Translations under genes and position numbers: made by a program
Part shown: positions 12,811 through 25,983 of the stretch, piece by piece
How the letters are laid out: the number at the start of each line of letters is the position of its first letter
Numbering within the stretch: the stretch's first letter is position 1
Source: Octopus sinensis
Taxonomy: Eukaryota
Reading direction: 5' to 3'
NCBI RefSeq assembly: GCF_006345805.1
Contig: NC_043000.1
Location: 120,094,001 to 120,158,000 of the forward strand
Length of the DNA: 64,000 bases
The notes under the pieces: generated by a model
Told to the model about the DNA's origin: nothing
The model's database searches: none
What the model saw: the letters and a program-made list of their open reading frames with translations, nothing else

Positions 12811-13060
12811 TGCACCCTTTTAAAGCCTAGCCAGGATCATGGGCCCGGTTTCCCGGTTTCTATGGCATATGTGTTCCCCAGCTGGATGGGATGCAAAGTC
12901 CATTGCAGCATTACTCATTTTTGCCAGCTGAGTGGACTGGAGCAACGTGAAATGAAGTGTTTTGCTCAAGAACACAATGCGGTGCCCAGTTCAGGAATCA
13001 AAACCACAATCTTACAATCATGGTGCTGACAACCTAACCACTAAGCCACGCACCTTCACA
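12811..13060 (-). mobile_element. tRNA-derived SINE family 3
   Basis: Shares the tail GGGAAACCGG(G/A)CCCATGA...CCTGGCTAGGCTT with 61775-62037. Confidence 0.75.
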
Positions 13061-13510
13061 ATTAATTATATATAACTTTTACCAAAAGAAAGCAATTATT
13101 AAAGTCTACACTGTCTAGAAAATTCTTATTAATTCCTGTTGTAATATATTTCTCTTATCAAAATTATTAAAATATTTTTCATTTCTAGTTGTTATACACA
13201 CTTGCAGATATGCATATCAGCAGTTTTGCATAAAAGACATAATTTATATTAGCAGAAAACCACCTGGAGGGCAGTGTTTCTGCCTGTAGAAATAACAGAG
13301 TGTCCATTAAATAAATGCTCTGCTGTATTTACAACAGTTAATTATTGCAACACTTTATGAGCTCTCATTTTAAATCTCAGCCATGTCGACTTTGCCACTG
13401 GTGATAAAAGAGACACAAATAATGAACTAAGGTCAAATCTATTCAATTATCTCTACTCTATCTCAAGTCAACCCTTCTTATATTACTGGCCTTTTCCCCC
13501 CACCAATGTT

Positions 13511-13513
13511 AAT

Positions 13514-13566
<53 letters not shown>

Positions 13567-13670
13567 GCACTACTACTTCTACTACTACTACCACCACCAC
13601 CACCACCACCACCACTACTACTACTTCTACTACCACCACCACCACTACTACTACTTCTGCTACTACTACA
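13511..13670. repeat. (ACT)n/(ACC)n repeat
   Basis: Seen directly. Confidence 0.95.
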
Positions 13671-14417
13671 TGCAGCTTGGTAGCAAGTCTGTTTTGTATT
13701 TACACCAGGATCAATTGTAACCCATCATCTCTCAGGGATTGATGATATAAGCTTACCAGCAACTTTGTGAGTTTCATTAAATTTGAATCAGCCACTGCTT
13801 GTTATGTGTTACCTTTATAGATACAACCTTGTGGTTGTAATCAAAAGTAATTGTTGTCCGTACTGCTGTTCAGGTGTGACAAATGTACTGGTGGAGTTTG
13901 ACGATAATAATCTAGACCTCATCGTTTATTGTGCATATTTGCAATAATTACGCATTTAAACTACATTTAATTTGATTTCATTTCTGATTGTCCTCATATG
14001 GCCTTACTCCTGCAAACATGATGTAGATATAATACTGTAAATATACATACTGTAAATATACACTCTGAAGATGAAGATAATAGCCAGAAATGTAATAATC
14101 TTATTGATGGTGGTTCCTTTTTGATATTTGAGACATTAATACACAGGAATGGTTATTAGTTGAGGGTTACCTTAAAATGAAAGCCTTGGACTTCTCAGGC
14201 AGTCTGCTATATGTACTTAATAGTTTCTCTTGTCTAGATAATCTAATTAGTACTGGAGCAGAGGCATGATGCTGTATGTTATGGCACACCTCTCCCAGCC
14301 ATGCTAGTTGGACAAATTGAAGTCATACCATTATTGATGGTGAGGATGATGATTGCTATTATATATTACAAATATATATATTTACTTGCAACAATTATTA
14401 TTATTATTATCATTATT

Positions 14418-16110
14418 GAGTGAGAGAGCAGTGCATGCCATCAAAGTGACACTGGGGTAAAATATATGAAGCCCAGCATACCCATCGTAACTACCCATCT
14501 GATAAGGGTACACCAGGCACATACATCACAACCATGTGTGTGTGATATGGTGATCCCATATCAAGACAAACAGCACATGACCTTGCAGGTGGGGCCCTAT
14601 TATTATTATTACTGAGCGAGAGAGCAGCGTATGCCATCAAAGTGACACTGGGGTAAAATATACGAAGCCCAGTATACCCATCATGACTACCCATCTGATA
14701 AGAGTACACTAGGCACATGCATCACAACCATTTGTGCGTGACATGGTGATCTCATATCAAGATAAACAGCACATGGCCTTGCAGGTGGGGCCCAGTTAGA
14801 ATTTTCGTCAGGTCGAGTAACCCATCCCGCTCAAAATGTCCCTGAATAAGGATTTCTTAAGGATGTTGAACAAACTACCCATGTTTCCAAATGTGAATTA
14901 TTCAAATCCCAAAGAATTCCTTTCAACACATGCGCCGCCCCGACTGGCTTCTGTGCCGGTGGCACATAAAAAGCACCATCCGAACGTGGCCGATGCCAGC
15001 ACCACCCCGACTGGCTCTTGTGCCAGTGACACATAAAAAGCACCATCCGAACGTGGCCGATGCCAGCGCCGCCCCGACTGGCTCCTGTGCCAGTGGCACA
15101 TAAAAAACACCATCCGAACGTGGCCGATGCCAGCACCGCCCCGACTGGTTTCTGTGCCGGTGACATATAAAAAGCACCATCCGAACGTGGCCGATGCCAG
15201 CTCTGCCCCGACTGGCTCCTGTGCCAGTGGCACATAAAAAGCACCATCTGAACGTGGCCGATGCACCATCCGAACGTGGCCGATGCCAGCGCCGCCCCGA
15301 CTGGCTTCTGTGCCGAGGCACATAAAAAGCACCATCCGATCGTGGCTGATGCCAGCGCCGGTGGCACATAAAAAGCACCATCCAATCGTGGCCGATGCCA
15401 GCGCCGCCCCGACTGGCTTCTGTGCCAGTGGCACATAAAAAGCACCATCTGAACGTGGCCGATGCCAGCACCGCCCCGACTGGCCTCTGTGCCGGTGGCA
15501 CATAAAAAGCACCATCTGAACGTGGCCGATGCCAGCCAGTGCCACCCCGACTGGCTTCTGTGCCGGTGGCACATAAAAAGCACCATCCGAACGTGGCCGT
15601 AGCCAGCGCCGCCCCGACTGGCTTCCGTGCCGGTGGCACGTTAAAAGCTCCAACTGATCGTGGCCGATGCCGGACCCCCCTGGCACCTGTGCAGGTGGCA
15701 CGTAAAAAGCACCCACTACACTCGCGGAGTGGTTGGCGTTAGGAAGGGCATCCAGCTGTAGAAACTCTGCCAGATCAGACTGGAGCCTGGTGCAGCCCCT
15801 GGCTTCCCAGACCCCGGTCGAACCGTCCAACCCGTGCTAGCGCGGAAAACGGACGTTAAACGATGATGATGATGGCTATGGCGCTTCACCAATATTTCTG
15901 CACATGATCAGAGATGCACATATCATCAGCCACTAAGGAATATGGTCAACTGGTTATGGTCAAACAACTGACAAGCAAATCTGTGGTATTGAGCAGAATA
16001 TTTGCTATAGCCCATCTTTTATACCAAGACAAAACACTATATATGATATCACTTCCAGTCAGTTAATATCAGAAGCCACGAGAGCCACTGCCTGGTACTG
16101 CATCAGTGCA
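14418..16110. mobile_element. unclassified repeat of about 560 bp flanked by (ATT)n, with a duplicated end and split by an RTE-tail insertion
   Basis: Colinear with 42325-42795; 14418-14600 is repeated at about 14610-14790. Confidence 0.75.
14931..15872 (+). repeat. RTE 3' UTR insertion with a 67-bp minisatellite (about 11-12 units)
   Basis: CGACTGG recurs at 14941, 15008, 15075 and 15142; ends in the standard RTE-type tail. Confidence 0.9.
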
Positions 16111-16160
16111 ATTATTATTATTATTGTTATTATCATCATTATTATTATCATTATTATTAT

Positions 16161-16452
16161 TACTACTGCCTTAGTAAAGGTATTGTTGTCAGTCATGGTT
16201 GTTTGTTTGACTGTGGTCAAGATATCTTAAGAACTGCTGGATGGATTCAGATGAAACTTTTAGGGATGTTTGACCTTGTGACTGGCATGAGCTGATTAGT
16301 TTTGGGATTGATCCAGTACCGGACAAGGATTCTGGGACATTTTTCCATTTTTTTTACTTAATTTTTGAGAGCAGTTGGGTTAATTTTAGTATTCTTGTTT
16401 GTGAGTGCAGTTGAGTTTATTTCAGATATTCTCATTTTAAAAATCATCTCTG
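16161..16452 (+). mobile_element. Helentron-associated (HINE/DINE-like) non-autonomous element
   Basis: Homologous to 33950-34310 in the opposite orientation; GTTTGTTTG...GAACTGCTGGATGGATT...ATGAAACTT layout. Confidence 0.55.
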
Positions 16453-16607
16453 TCCCACCCTGTGTACCTTTGTAAGCCCTCTTACTTCACAACATCTTTG
16501 TGTATTTCTACTTGTCTTCAAGCCCTTGTGGCTAATAGACAAGATGCTGTTGTTGTCATTGTGTTTTTTATTGCCATCCTAATCAAAAATCAAAATGAAA
16601 TGCAATG

Positions 16608-17672
16608 ACGGGCACGAGCACCATACGAGCGTGATCGTTGACAGAGCGGCTAACCGGCTTCTGTGCCAGTGGCACATAAAAGGCACCATTCGAGTGTGAT
16701 CATTACCAGCATCACCTCCCTGGCACTTGTGCTCCGTGCTAGTAGGGTACTAAGAACACCATCCGAGCATGATCATTGCCAGAGTGGCTAACTGGCTTCT
16801 GTGCCAGTGGCACATAAAAGGCACCATTCGAGTGTGATCGTTACCAGCATCACCTCCCTGGCACTTGTGCTTCGTGCTAGTAGGGTGCTTAGAGCACCAT
16901 CTGAGCATGATTGTTGCCAGTGCGGCTAATTGGCTTCCGTGCCGGTGGCATGTAGGAGGCACCATTCAAGTGTGATCGTTACCAGCATCACCTCCCTGGC
17001 ACTTGTGCTCCGTGCTAATAGGGTGCTTAGAGCACCATCCGAGCATGATTGTTGCCAGTGCGGCTAATTGGCTTCCGTGCCGGTGGCATGTAGGAGGCAC
17101 CATTCAAGTGTGATCGTTACCAGCATCACCTCCCTGGCACTTGTGCTCCGTGCTAATAGGGTGCTTAGAGCACCATCCGAGCATGATTGTTGCCAGTGCG
17201 GCTAATTGGCTTCCGTGCCGGTGGCATGTAGGAGGCACCATTCAAGTGTGATCGTTACCAGCATCACCTCCCTGGCACTTGTGCTTCGTGCTAGTAGGGT
17301 GCTTAGAGCACCATCCGAGCATGATTGTTGCCAGTGCGGCTAATTGGCTTCCGTGCCGGTGGCATGTAGGAGGCACCATTCGAGCGGGATTGTTACCAGC
17401 ATCGCCTTACTGGATTCTGTGCCGTTGGCATGTGTAAAAAGATTCGAGCAAGGTTGTTGCCAGTACCGCCTGACTGACCCCCGTGCCATGGCACGTAAAA
17501 AGCACCCACTACACTCTCGGAGTGGTTGGCATTAGGAAGGGCATCCAGCTGTAGAAACTCTGCCAAATCAAGATTGGAGCCTGGTACAGCCACCTGGTTC
17601 CCCAGCCCTCAGTCAAACCGTCCAACCCATGCTAGCGGACGTTAAACAATGATGAGGATGATGATGATGATC
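16608..17672 (+). repeat. RTE 3' UTR insertion with a 138-bp dimeric higher-order repeat
   Basis: AGAGCACCAT recurs at 16891, 17029, 17167 and 17305; RTE-type tail. Confidence 0.9.
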
Positions 17673-18904
17673 TTCATTTTCATTGATCTACCTTTATTTC
17701 TCTTTTAAAAAAAAGCCAAAACAGAGCGAATAAATTAAGTTTTAAGACGAAAATTATCCACAAAATGAATGAAATAAATAAAGAAAATACACAGAATGTA
17801 ACTACAGAAAAATACAAAAGGAGACCTTGTGATGCTGGTATTTCTCCTTATTCGGCGGGAAACAAGGCAATTTTAGTATTGTCAGCTTGAGTCATATAGA
17901 AATATGCAGTGTGGTCGGTAGTTTGTGCTGGTATTAAATGGCTCATTTCATTTTATATGTATATAGTAATTGGTTGTGTCGATGGTGATGGAGTTGGTGG
18001 TGGTGGCATTGTTGGTGATGGTGGCGGTTATTAATTTAGTTAAGTGCTTCATTCTCCTGATATTCATCCATTATTTTCATCCAATAAGAATCCATCAAGT
18101 CTTCCGCTACACACTCACACACGCACATGCATACACACACTCACTTTCTCACACACACACACACTCACGCACACACCATTCAGATTGTAGGCTTGCTTTG
18201 AGCTACTACCAAACCCTGTTGTTCTATTGAAAATGTTGTTGTTGTTGTTGTTTCACCTCAAATCAGCTTTGACACAGCAGACCTATGATCAAAGATGTTC
18301 CAGTTATAATCATCCGATTGTTTTCTCAGATACAGTGTATCTTGGACTACATTATTCAAAGTGCTGCCTTCCCCACCTTCACTTATAGCCAGTAAAGTGT
18401 GACATGTGGAAGATTTGGCTACCACTTGTGGCAAGTCAAGTGACTGTGTAACTCTTCAGCTCACTCATGCTGCTATTTTTAGGATGGTCACTCATTAGTC
18501 TCTTCACCATTCACACTCATTCACTCAACCCTCACACTCCAATCACCATGTCTCCCCTTATACTCTTGCTTCTGTCATCTTACTACCCTGGCCCTGCTCT
18601 TATCTCTCTCTCTCTCTCTCTTATTCACTCCATCTTAATTACAAAAAAAATAAAGTTACTGTTTTGAGACGTATTGACACGTAAAGGCGTATAAATTCCC
18701 CACCTGGATGGGAGGACACCTGCTCGTCACAGGATCACTCATTTTTGTCAGCAGAGTTGACTGGAGGGAAGTGAAATGAAGGGTTTTGCTCAAGAACACA
18801 ACCATTGCCTGGCCCAGGAATTGAAACTACGATCTTATGATCTTGTGTCCATCTTAATTGCATTACCTTGAAAGCTGTATGAGAGTGAGACATAGTGTCT
18901 GAGG

Positions 18905-19420
18905 GAGAGAGAGCTGGTAATTTTGAGGACTGAGAGAGCAATGGTGAGAGAAAGGTGTGGTGTGAGGCTGTTTGATAAGAGGAGGACTGAGGATTTGATG
19001 GGGATGCTAGGATCGGAGGAAGCGGTGGAATGGTTGGCAAGAGCGAATGGGGTGAGGTGGTATAGGCGCCGAGCTGGCAGAACCGTTAGCATGTCGGGCA
19101 AAATGCGTAGCCGTATTTCGTCTGCCGTTACGTTCTGAGTTCACATTCCGCTAAGGTCGACTTTGCCTTTCATCCTTTCGGGGTCGATAGATTAAGTACC
19201 AGTTATGTACTAAGGTCGATATCATTGACTTAATCTGTTTGTCTGTCCTTGTTTGTCCTCTCTGTGTTTAGCCCCTTGTGGGTAGTAAAGAAAGAAGTAT
19301 GGGCATGTGTTGAGGAGGGCTGAAGAGCATGTTCTGAGGAGGGTGATTGCGTTTGAGGTAAATGGAACGTGAAACCAAGGTGAACCGAAGAAAAGGTGGC
19401 AAGCAAGAAAGCTGCACCAG
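18905..19420 (+). mobile_element. RTE LINE ORF fragment interrupted by a family 2 SINE at 19064-19295
   Basis: RTERAMVRERCGVRLFDKRRTEDLMGMLG...NGVRWY [SINE] YGHVLRRAEEHVLRR. Confidence 0.8.
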
Positions 19421-19844
19421 CTTCCACTCATTCGTTTATGGATGGTTTCTATGGCTGGATGTCCTTCCTGGTGCCAACCACTTTACAGAGTGTACTGGAT
19501 GCTTTTTACATAACACCAGCACCGGGGATTTTTATGTGGCACCAAACAGGTATGAATGATGGTGTTTGGTTCATTTCCCCATCTTGCAGGTTCAAATCCT
19601 ATCTGGGATTGCTCGAAGAAGCTGTTTATATCTATGTCATCTTTGATGGTACAGAGAATTACAGTCAAATGCATTCCAATTGTGACCATTCCATTTGTTT
19701 TTTCTTTTTCCTTTTTGCTCTTAGGCAAATGTGTCTGCAAACCATGTCTGCAACATTGATTTTAGTTATTTTCTTTTATCCTCATCTTTAATCGACTGTC
19801 ACACACTTTTCACACTCCACTGCACTTACACGACTTCTCACCTT

Positions 19845-20235
19845 TTTCTGCTCCTCCTTCTCTCTTCTCTCTTTCTGTTTTCTCTCTCTCTCTTTCTGTT
19901 TTCTCTCTCTCTCTTTCTGTTCTCTCTCTCATTCTCTCTCTCTTTCTCACTCTCTTACTCTGTTTTCTCTCTTCTCTCTCTCTCTCATTCTCTCTTTTAT
20001 ACTCTCTCATTCTGTTTTCTCTCTCTCTTTGTTCTCTGTCTCTCTCTTTCTCACTGTTTTCTCTCTCTTTCTCACTGTTTTCTCTCTCTCTCTTTCTCAC
20101 TGTTTTCTCTCTCTCTCTCTCACTCTGTTCTCTCTCTCTCTCACTCTGTTCTCTCTCTCACTCTGTTCTCTCTCTATTCTCTCTCTCTCTCTCTCTATTT
20201 CTGTTCTCTCTTTCTATTCTCCCTCTCTGTTCTCA
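19845..20235. repeat. cryptic (TC)n polypyrimidine repeat
   Basis: Seen directly. Confidence 0.9.
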
Positions 20236-21356
20236 CAGCCTCACGATCGTAAGCTTGATGCTCTAACCACTGAGCCATGCACCTTCACACACACACACAC
20301 ACGCATGTATATACACGACGCACTTCCTTCAATTTCGTCTATCAAATCCACTCACCAGGCTTTGGTCGGCCAGAGGCTATAGTAGAAGACACTTGCCAAA
20401 GGTACCTCACAGTGGAACTGAGCCTGGAACCCTGTGGCTGGTAAGCAAACTACTTCCCACACAGCCACCCCTGTGCCTACATATTGACATGAGCCTGACA
20501 GGGGCCATTCCTCTTCATCTACAGAAACAAACCTCGATGCTTAGTCAAGCAGAAATCATTCCTACACTTGTTCATAACCTTAAAATCTCTCCTTTTTAAC
20601 ACAGATTTATCTAGCTGGGGTACAAGGCTCATAAGCTTCAAGATAAATAGATATAACCGCTGGAGAACTTCACAGTTTTTACTGCTCTGTCTGTGTCTGA
20701 GCTTTGACCTTCGCTACTCTATCATCTGTTGTGAAATTATAGAAACCAGTGGACTGTACAAGAGTTCCAGCAAAGTTCCTACTTACTCTCCAAAGCTAGA
20801 CACCAATCACTATACACCAAGCTTATTGTCGTCTTTAGTTTGATCTCATTCCAAGTAGATTTTGGCTTTGATTTTCTTTTGCTTTTTTGGTTTTATTTCG
20901 TTATTTATTTTTTTTTTCTTTTGATTCCATCTAATTAATCTTTTCCTTTTATCACAATAAATGATGAGGGTCATCTTTAACCATTTGTCTTCTGTAGTTC
21001 TTTCTGCTTCTCTCTCCCTTTCTCTCTCTGTCGCTCTCTCTCTCTCTCTCTCTTTACCTTTCCATTGTTCTCTCTTTCTCTCTGTTGTTTCTTTTCTTTC
21101 TCTACCATTCTCTTCAGGTTTCTCTACTCTTCTCTTTTTTTTCCAGGCCTTCACTATTTCTGCCTGCTTGTCTGTCTGTCTGCCTGCCTGCTTGTCTGTC
21201 TGTCTATTCCCTCTCTCTGTCTTTCCCTGTCTCTCTGCCTCTCCACCCTCTCATTTGTCTCCTTCTGTGTCACTTCTAAATTCCTTCCTCTCTCTCTCAC
21301 GCTCTCCTTCTCGTATATATATATATATATACGCACACAAATATATATATACACAC

Positions 21357-21411
<55 letters not shown>

Positions 21412-21545
21412 CACACATATATATATACACACACATATATATATACACACACACATATATATACACACATATAAACATATATCAGTCCATCTAATATTTA
21501 GGTTTCTTCTGTCTTTCTTTCTCACTCTCTTGGCATACATGTATT

Positions 21546-21601
<56 letters not shown>

Positions 21602-21621
21602 CACACACATACATACAGACA

Positions 21622-21660
<39 letters not shown>

Positions 21661-22246
21661 GTGTGTCTATATATATTGTTCACTCTTCCTTCTGCCATTC
21701 CCCCTCCCTCTTTGAAACACGTAAACAAAGGAGAGCTTTTATGTCAAAGAATAAACGGATGAACTTTAGTTTCTACCAAACCTCTCTGTCTTTTGAAATC
21801 AGCTGACTTCAATTACAAGAACTCGCACATTTTTGTTTGTTTCTTTCTCTCCCTCTCCTACCCCCTCACCCCATCTGCAACCACCTCCCACCATCTCCCC
21901 TCACACACCTTGGCCTTTATTGTCTGAGAAACTAGTTTGGAGATGAAAGATAAAGTCAATAGTTTGTAACCATCTTTCCCTTCTAGGTTTTGACCTTTCA
22001 TTAGTTGTAACCGATCACTCAGGTTACTTTCTCTTTAGAAGCAATGTAACCTTTTTTTTTGTCAAAAAATTGTTTTGTTGTTGTTTTATATTTTTCTTTG
22101 TTCTTTTTGTGTGTGTGTTTAGCTGTTGATCTTTGTTTTTATTTTTCTTGCAATCTTGCAGACACAGGTGGGTTGGTCAATTCTGCAAATTTTAATTTTT
22201 GCATGTGAAATGCTTGATTATTATTATTGTTATTATTATTATTATT

Positions 22247-22617
22247 GCCTTTGCACAGCTTCTGAAGCTGGAGATATGGTGTCAGCTGTTCACTACCAGT
22301 GAACTAAGGTAACACCTCTTATTTTTCGAGCACCTTCCGGAGTATTTGAGCAGTTCCAAGGAGTGCTGTTTTCTGCAAGTGCTCCACTCTTATTGCAGCC
22401 CCTATATGTTCCATGAACTTCTCAAGATTTTTATTCACTGTTTCCAGGGCTCCGACAATTATTGGTACTACTGCCACCTCTTTCAACAACCACAACTACT
22501 TAACCTCCCAAGCTAACCTGTCATATCTCTCGACTTTTCTTTCTTCCTTATCGCATATCTTGTTGGCAGCTGGGCATGCTATATCTATGATCCAGCTTAG
22601 TTTGTTTTCCTTCTCAA
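22247..22617 (-). mobile_element. R4/Dong-clade LINE 3' fragment (restriction-like endonuclease end)
   Basis: EKENKLSWIIDIACPAANKICDKEERKVERYDRLAWEVK; flanked by (ATT)n on both sides. Confidence 0.85.
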
Positions 22618-22816
22618 TTATTATCATTATTATTATTATATTATTATTGTTGTTTTTTTCTTTGGGGAGCATGCCCTTGCTTACCCCCAAACTCAGTTTC
22701 TAGACATGAGTGGTCCCGAGACTGAGGCCTCTACCATGAGTTTTAAGAAATGTGGTGGAAAACTAGCTCAGGAAGGCAGAGACACTACTCCCTAAGACCC
22801 CTTTTGCAGCCCCCTA

Positions 22817-22871
<55 letters not shown>

Positions 22872-22881
22872 ATCTATATAT

Positions 22882-23220
22882 ATTAAGGCATTACTATACA
22901 TAAATGCCTCACACGAGGAGGGACTCTTAAAGTCAAAACTACCATAATAACCACATTGTACCGAACGCGAGGGAATGCAACTCTCGAAGTGAGCCTCCTA
23001 AAATCAGACTCAGCTGCAGATCATATGATTTCATAATTAGTTCACAAAATGCACTTTTTACTCTTCAGTGCAAGTATAGTCAAGACATATAAAAACAAAC
23101 AAAATCAACATACCAGACGAACACCACCTGTATCCAACATAGTACATAGAAACTGTTTACACTTATATATCTATGTAAGAGGCGGGCTTTTCTAATTGTC
23201 TCTCGGTACACGTGTTTATT
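22882..23220 (-). mobile_element. hammerhead-bearing repeat family D (probable Penelope-like terminal repeat or retrozyme)
   Basis: Homologous to 36628-36962. Confidence 0.6.
23014..23073 (-). ncRNA. type I hammerhead ribozyme, family D
   Basis: UUGCA CUGAAGA [stem II] GAAA UCAUAUGA UC UGCAG; stem III is the perfect palindrome AUCAUAUGAU. Confidence 0.65.
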
Positions 23221-23478
23221 AGCAATAATACTCATTTGCAAACATCACATGGTTGTAAATGAGCATTATCAGCATACAAACGATGTTGCTTGTACTCAGT
23301 CATGAAAGATGTTTCAGGCTATGAGGAAATATTACCTTATTTAGAAACAGGTGAGGGTTGATGACAGGAAGGGCATCCAACTGTAGAAAATCTGTCTGAA
23401 CAGTTTCTGTCTGATCCATGCAAGCATGGAAAGGTAGATGTTAAATGACAATTATATGATACATATATGTGTGTGTGT

Positions 23479-23499
<21 letters not shown>

Positions 23500-23509
<10 letters not shown>

Positions 23510-23652
23510 CATACAAACATATATTTGCTTCTCACCCACATGGTTCCAGGTTCGATCCCACGGCATGACACCTTGGGCAAATGTCTTCCACTATAGCTCT
23601 GGGCCAAACAAAGCCTTGTGAGTGGATTTGATGGAAACTGAAAGAAGCTTTT

Positions 23653-23699
<47 letters not shown>

Positions 23700-23918
23700 T
23701 GTGTGTGTGTGTGTGTGTATTTGTATGTTTGTGTGTGTCCATGTTTGTCTCACCCACCACCACTCGACAACCAGTATTGGTTTGTTTACATCCCTGTGAT
23801 TTAGTTGTTTGACAAAAGAGACCAATACAGTAAGTGCTGGGTGTCAAACTTTTCATCTAAAGCTTTCAAAGCAGTGCCCCAGCATGGCTGCTGTCCAATG
23901 ACTGAAACAAGCAAAAGA
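23500..23918 (+). mobile_element. SINE family 1
   Basis: Matches 11814-12219. Confidence 0.8.
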
Positions 23919-25140
23919 TTATATATATATATATATATATGCACATACATATATATGTCCATAGTATAGAGAAAATTATTTTTATTTATAGTGTACTACA
24001 CAAACTTTGTGAGCCACTTAAATAAGAAAATTAAGACGTGTAAATTCATATTTTATTAAATACAACACCCACTCTCTTTTCAAATATATTAAACCATAGG
24101 CAATTTAAGTTTATAGAGCTTTCATTTTATAAACAATAGACTCACTTGTAGAATGTGTAAATTATATTTTTAAACATTGAAGGAAAACAAACAAAATTTT
24201 GAAAGAGCTGCTTAAAAACAAAAGAAAATGATAAGGGCAGGGTGGCAGCGGTGGTGGTCGTCGTGGTGGAAGAGGAGGAGTAAGGGGGTGTTGTAAAAGA
24301 AAATAGAGGTGTCCATAGTCAAAAATGTTTCCAATATTATTTTTGGGCAAGAGAATGTTGCATATCTATATATAAACACATATACATATACATGCATATA
24401 TATATACATATATATATATATTTATTATATATATATATACACACACACATATATATATACACACACACATATATATATACATACATATATTTATTATACA
24501 TATAGATATTTATATATATATATATTTTATATAGATGTATACATTTATATATTTATATATATTATATTGATGTATATATATATATACACCACACACACAC
24601 ATATACATATATTTTATTTATATATGTATGTATGTATATATATATACTTTTTTGTTTATATATATATTTATATATATGATATACATACTTTTACATATAT
24701 ATATATATTTGTATATTTATATATACATATATACATATATTTGTATATACATATATAAATATATAGAGAGAGACACACACACATATGCACACAAGCATGC
24801 ACAAACAAAGGCGTCATTTTTGAATAATATATTTCTTTAAAAAAATAATTTGATGACTAATATTTAGTAGACTAGCCTTGTGCAATTTTAATGATTTTTA
24901 CCCGTTTAAGCATTGTACTAATGAATAGTGTCTGCACAAATGAAACAGTTCAACGAAGAGTGTTTGTTTACTTCTTAGATGTCAGTGTGTGTTTCATCTT
25001 CATCATCATCATCATTATCACCATTTAATGTCCACTTTCTATGCTGGCATGGGTTGGATGCTTTGATAGGTAGCTGGCATGCTGCAGGACCATGTTGAGC
25101 TTCCTTGTTAATTTTGGCATGGTTTCTACAGCTTGATCCC

Positions 25141-25500
25141 CTTCCTAATGGTGTATATGCATATTTCAGGTAGTATTGGTATTTCTTCAGTATCACATCA
25201 TAGGTAATGGTTGTATATGCCTATTTTAGAAAATATTGCTCTTTCTTCAGTATCACATCGTAGGTAATGGATGTGTATGCATATTTCAAGAAATATTGTT
25301 CCTTCTTCAGCATCATATTGTAAGTAATGGTTGTATATGCATATTTCAGGAAATATTGGTCTTATTTCAGTATCACATCATAGATAATGGTTGTATATAC
25401 ATATTTCTGGAAATATTGCTCTTTCTTCAGTATCACATCATAGGTAATGCTTGTATATGCATATTTCAGGAAATATTGCTCTTTCTTCAGCATCGCATCT
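25141..25500 (-). repeat. 60-bp tandem repeat, 6 units
   Basis: Period is exactly 60; consensus TAGGTAATGGTTGTATATGCATATTTCAGGAAATATTGCTCTTTCTTCAGTATCACATCA. Confidence 0.95.
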
Positions 25501-25983
25501 AACCCATTAACTAACCATGAACACATTGCTTAAATAGTCATCAAATTTAGTTGTGTCACATCTTTTGATATATATTAAACACATTCTTGACAATTAGTAG
25601 GTACATATCAATTGCTGGCAGGGACACCATATTTTATTACACAACCAAGATATACTACCAGGTATATTGAAGGCATGTGTCCAATAGTTAGGTTAGGGGG
25701 CACTCTGAGCTGACTTGCTGTATTTACTGCTATTTGTCTCCAGGAAGAAATTTTCTTCATGACAGAATACAGTGAGTGGCCTTCTTGCAGGGTCAACTAT
25801 AGCTCCAAGTTTGTGTTTGTTCACATTACAGCTGAATGCTCCCCCCCCCCCCGCCCAATATATTTAATCCATAATCATTAGTGTGACACAAAACATTGTT
25901 TTGTTTCATCTGTAATCTTCAGTTTTGAGTTCTTTATTCTAAATGGCTGGATAGTGCTTCTTTCAACTTGTTATCCCCTATAA

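Noticed and set aside
14060-14100. CTGAAGA...GAAATGTA
   Set aside because: No convincing stem I or stem II.
15925-15995. CTGA(T/C)GA on the minus strand of the (ATT)n-flanked repeat (also near 42673)
   Set aside because: GAAA is GAAG in one copy, stem III does not form, and the cleavage-site register fails.
14931-17400. CRISPR-like appearance of the 67-bp and 138-bp arrays
   Set aside because: There are no unique spacers, the units are contiguous, the context is eukaryotic retroelement DNA, and no cas genes are present.
25870-25930. Minus-strand CTGAAGA...GAAA with a 7-bp hairpin
   Set aside because: No stem II, G at position 17, and no stem I.
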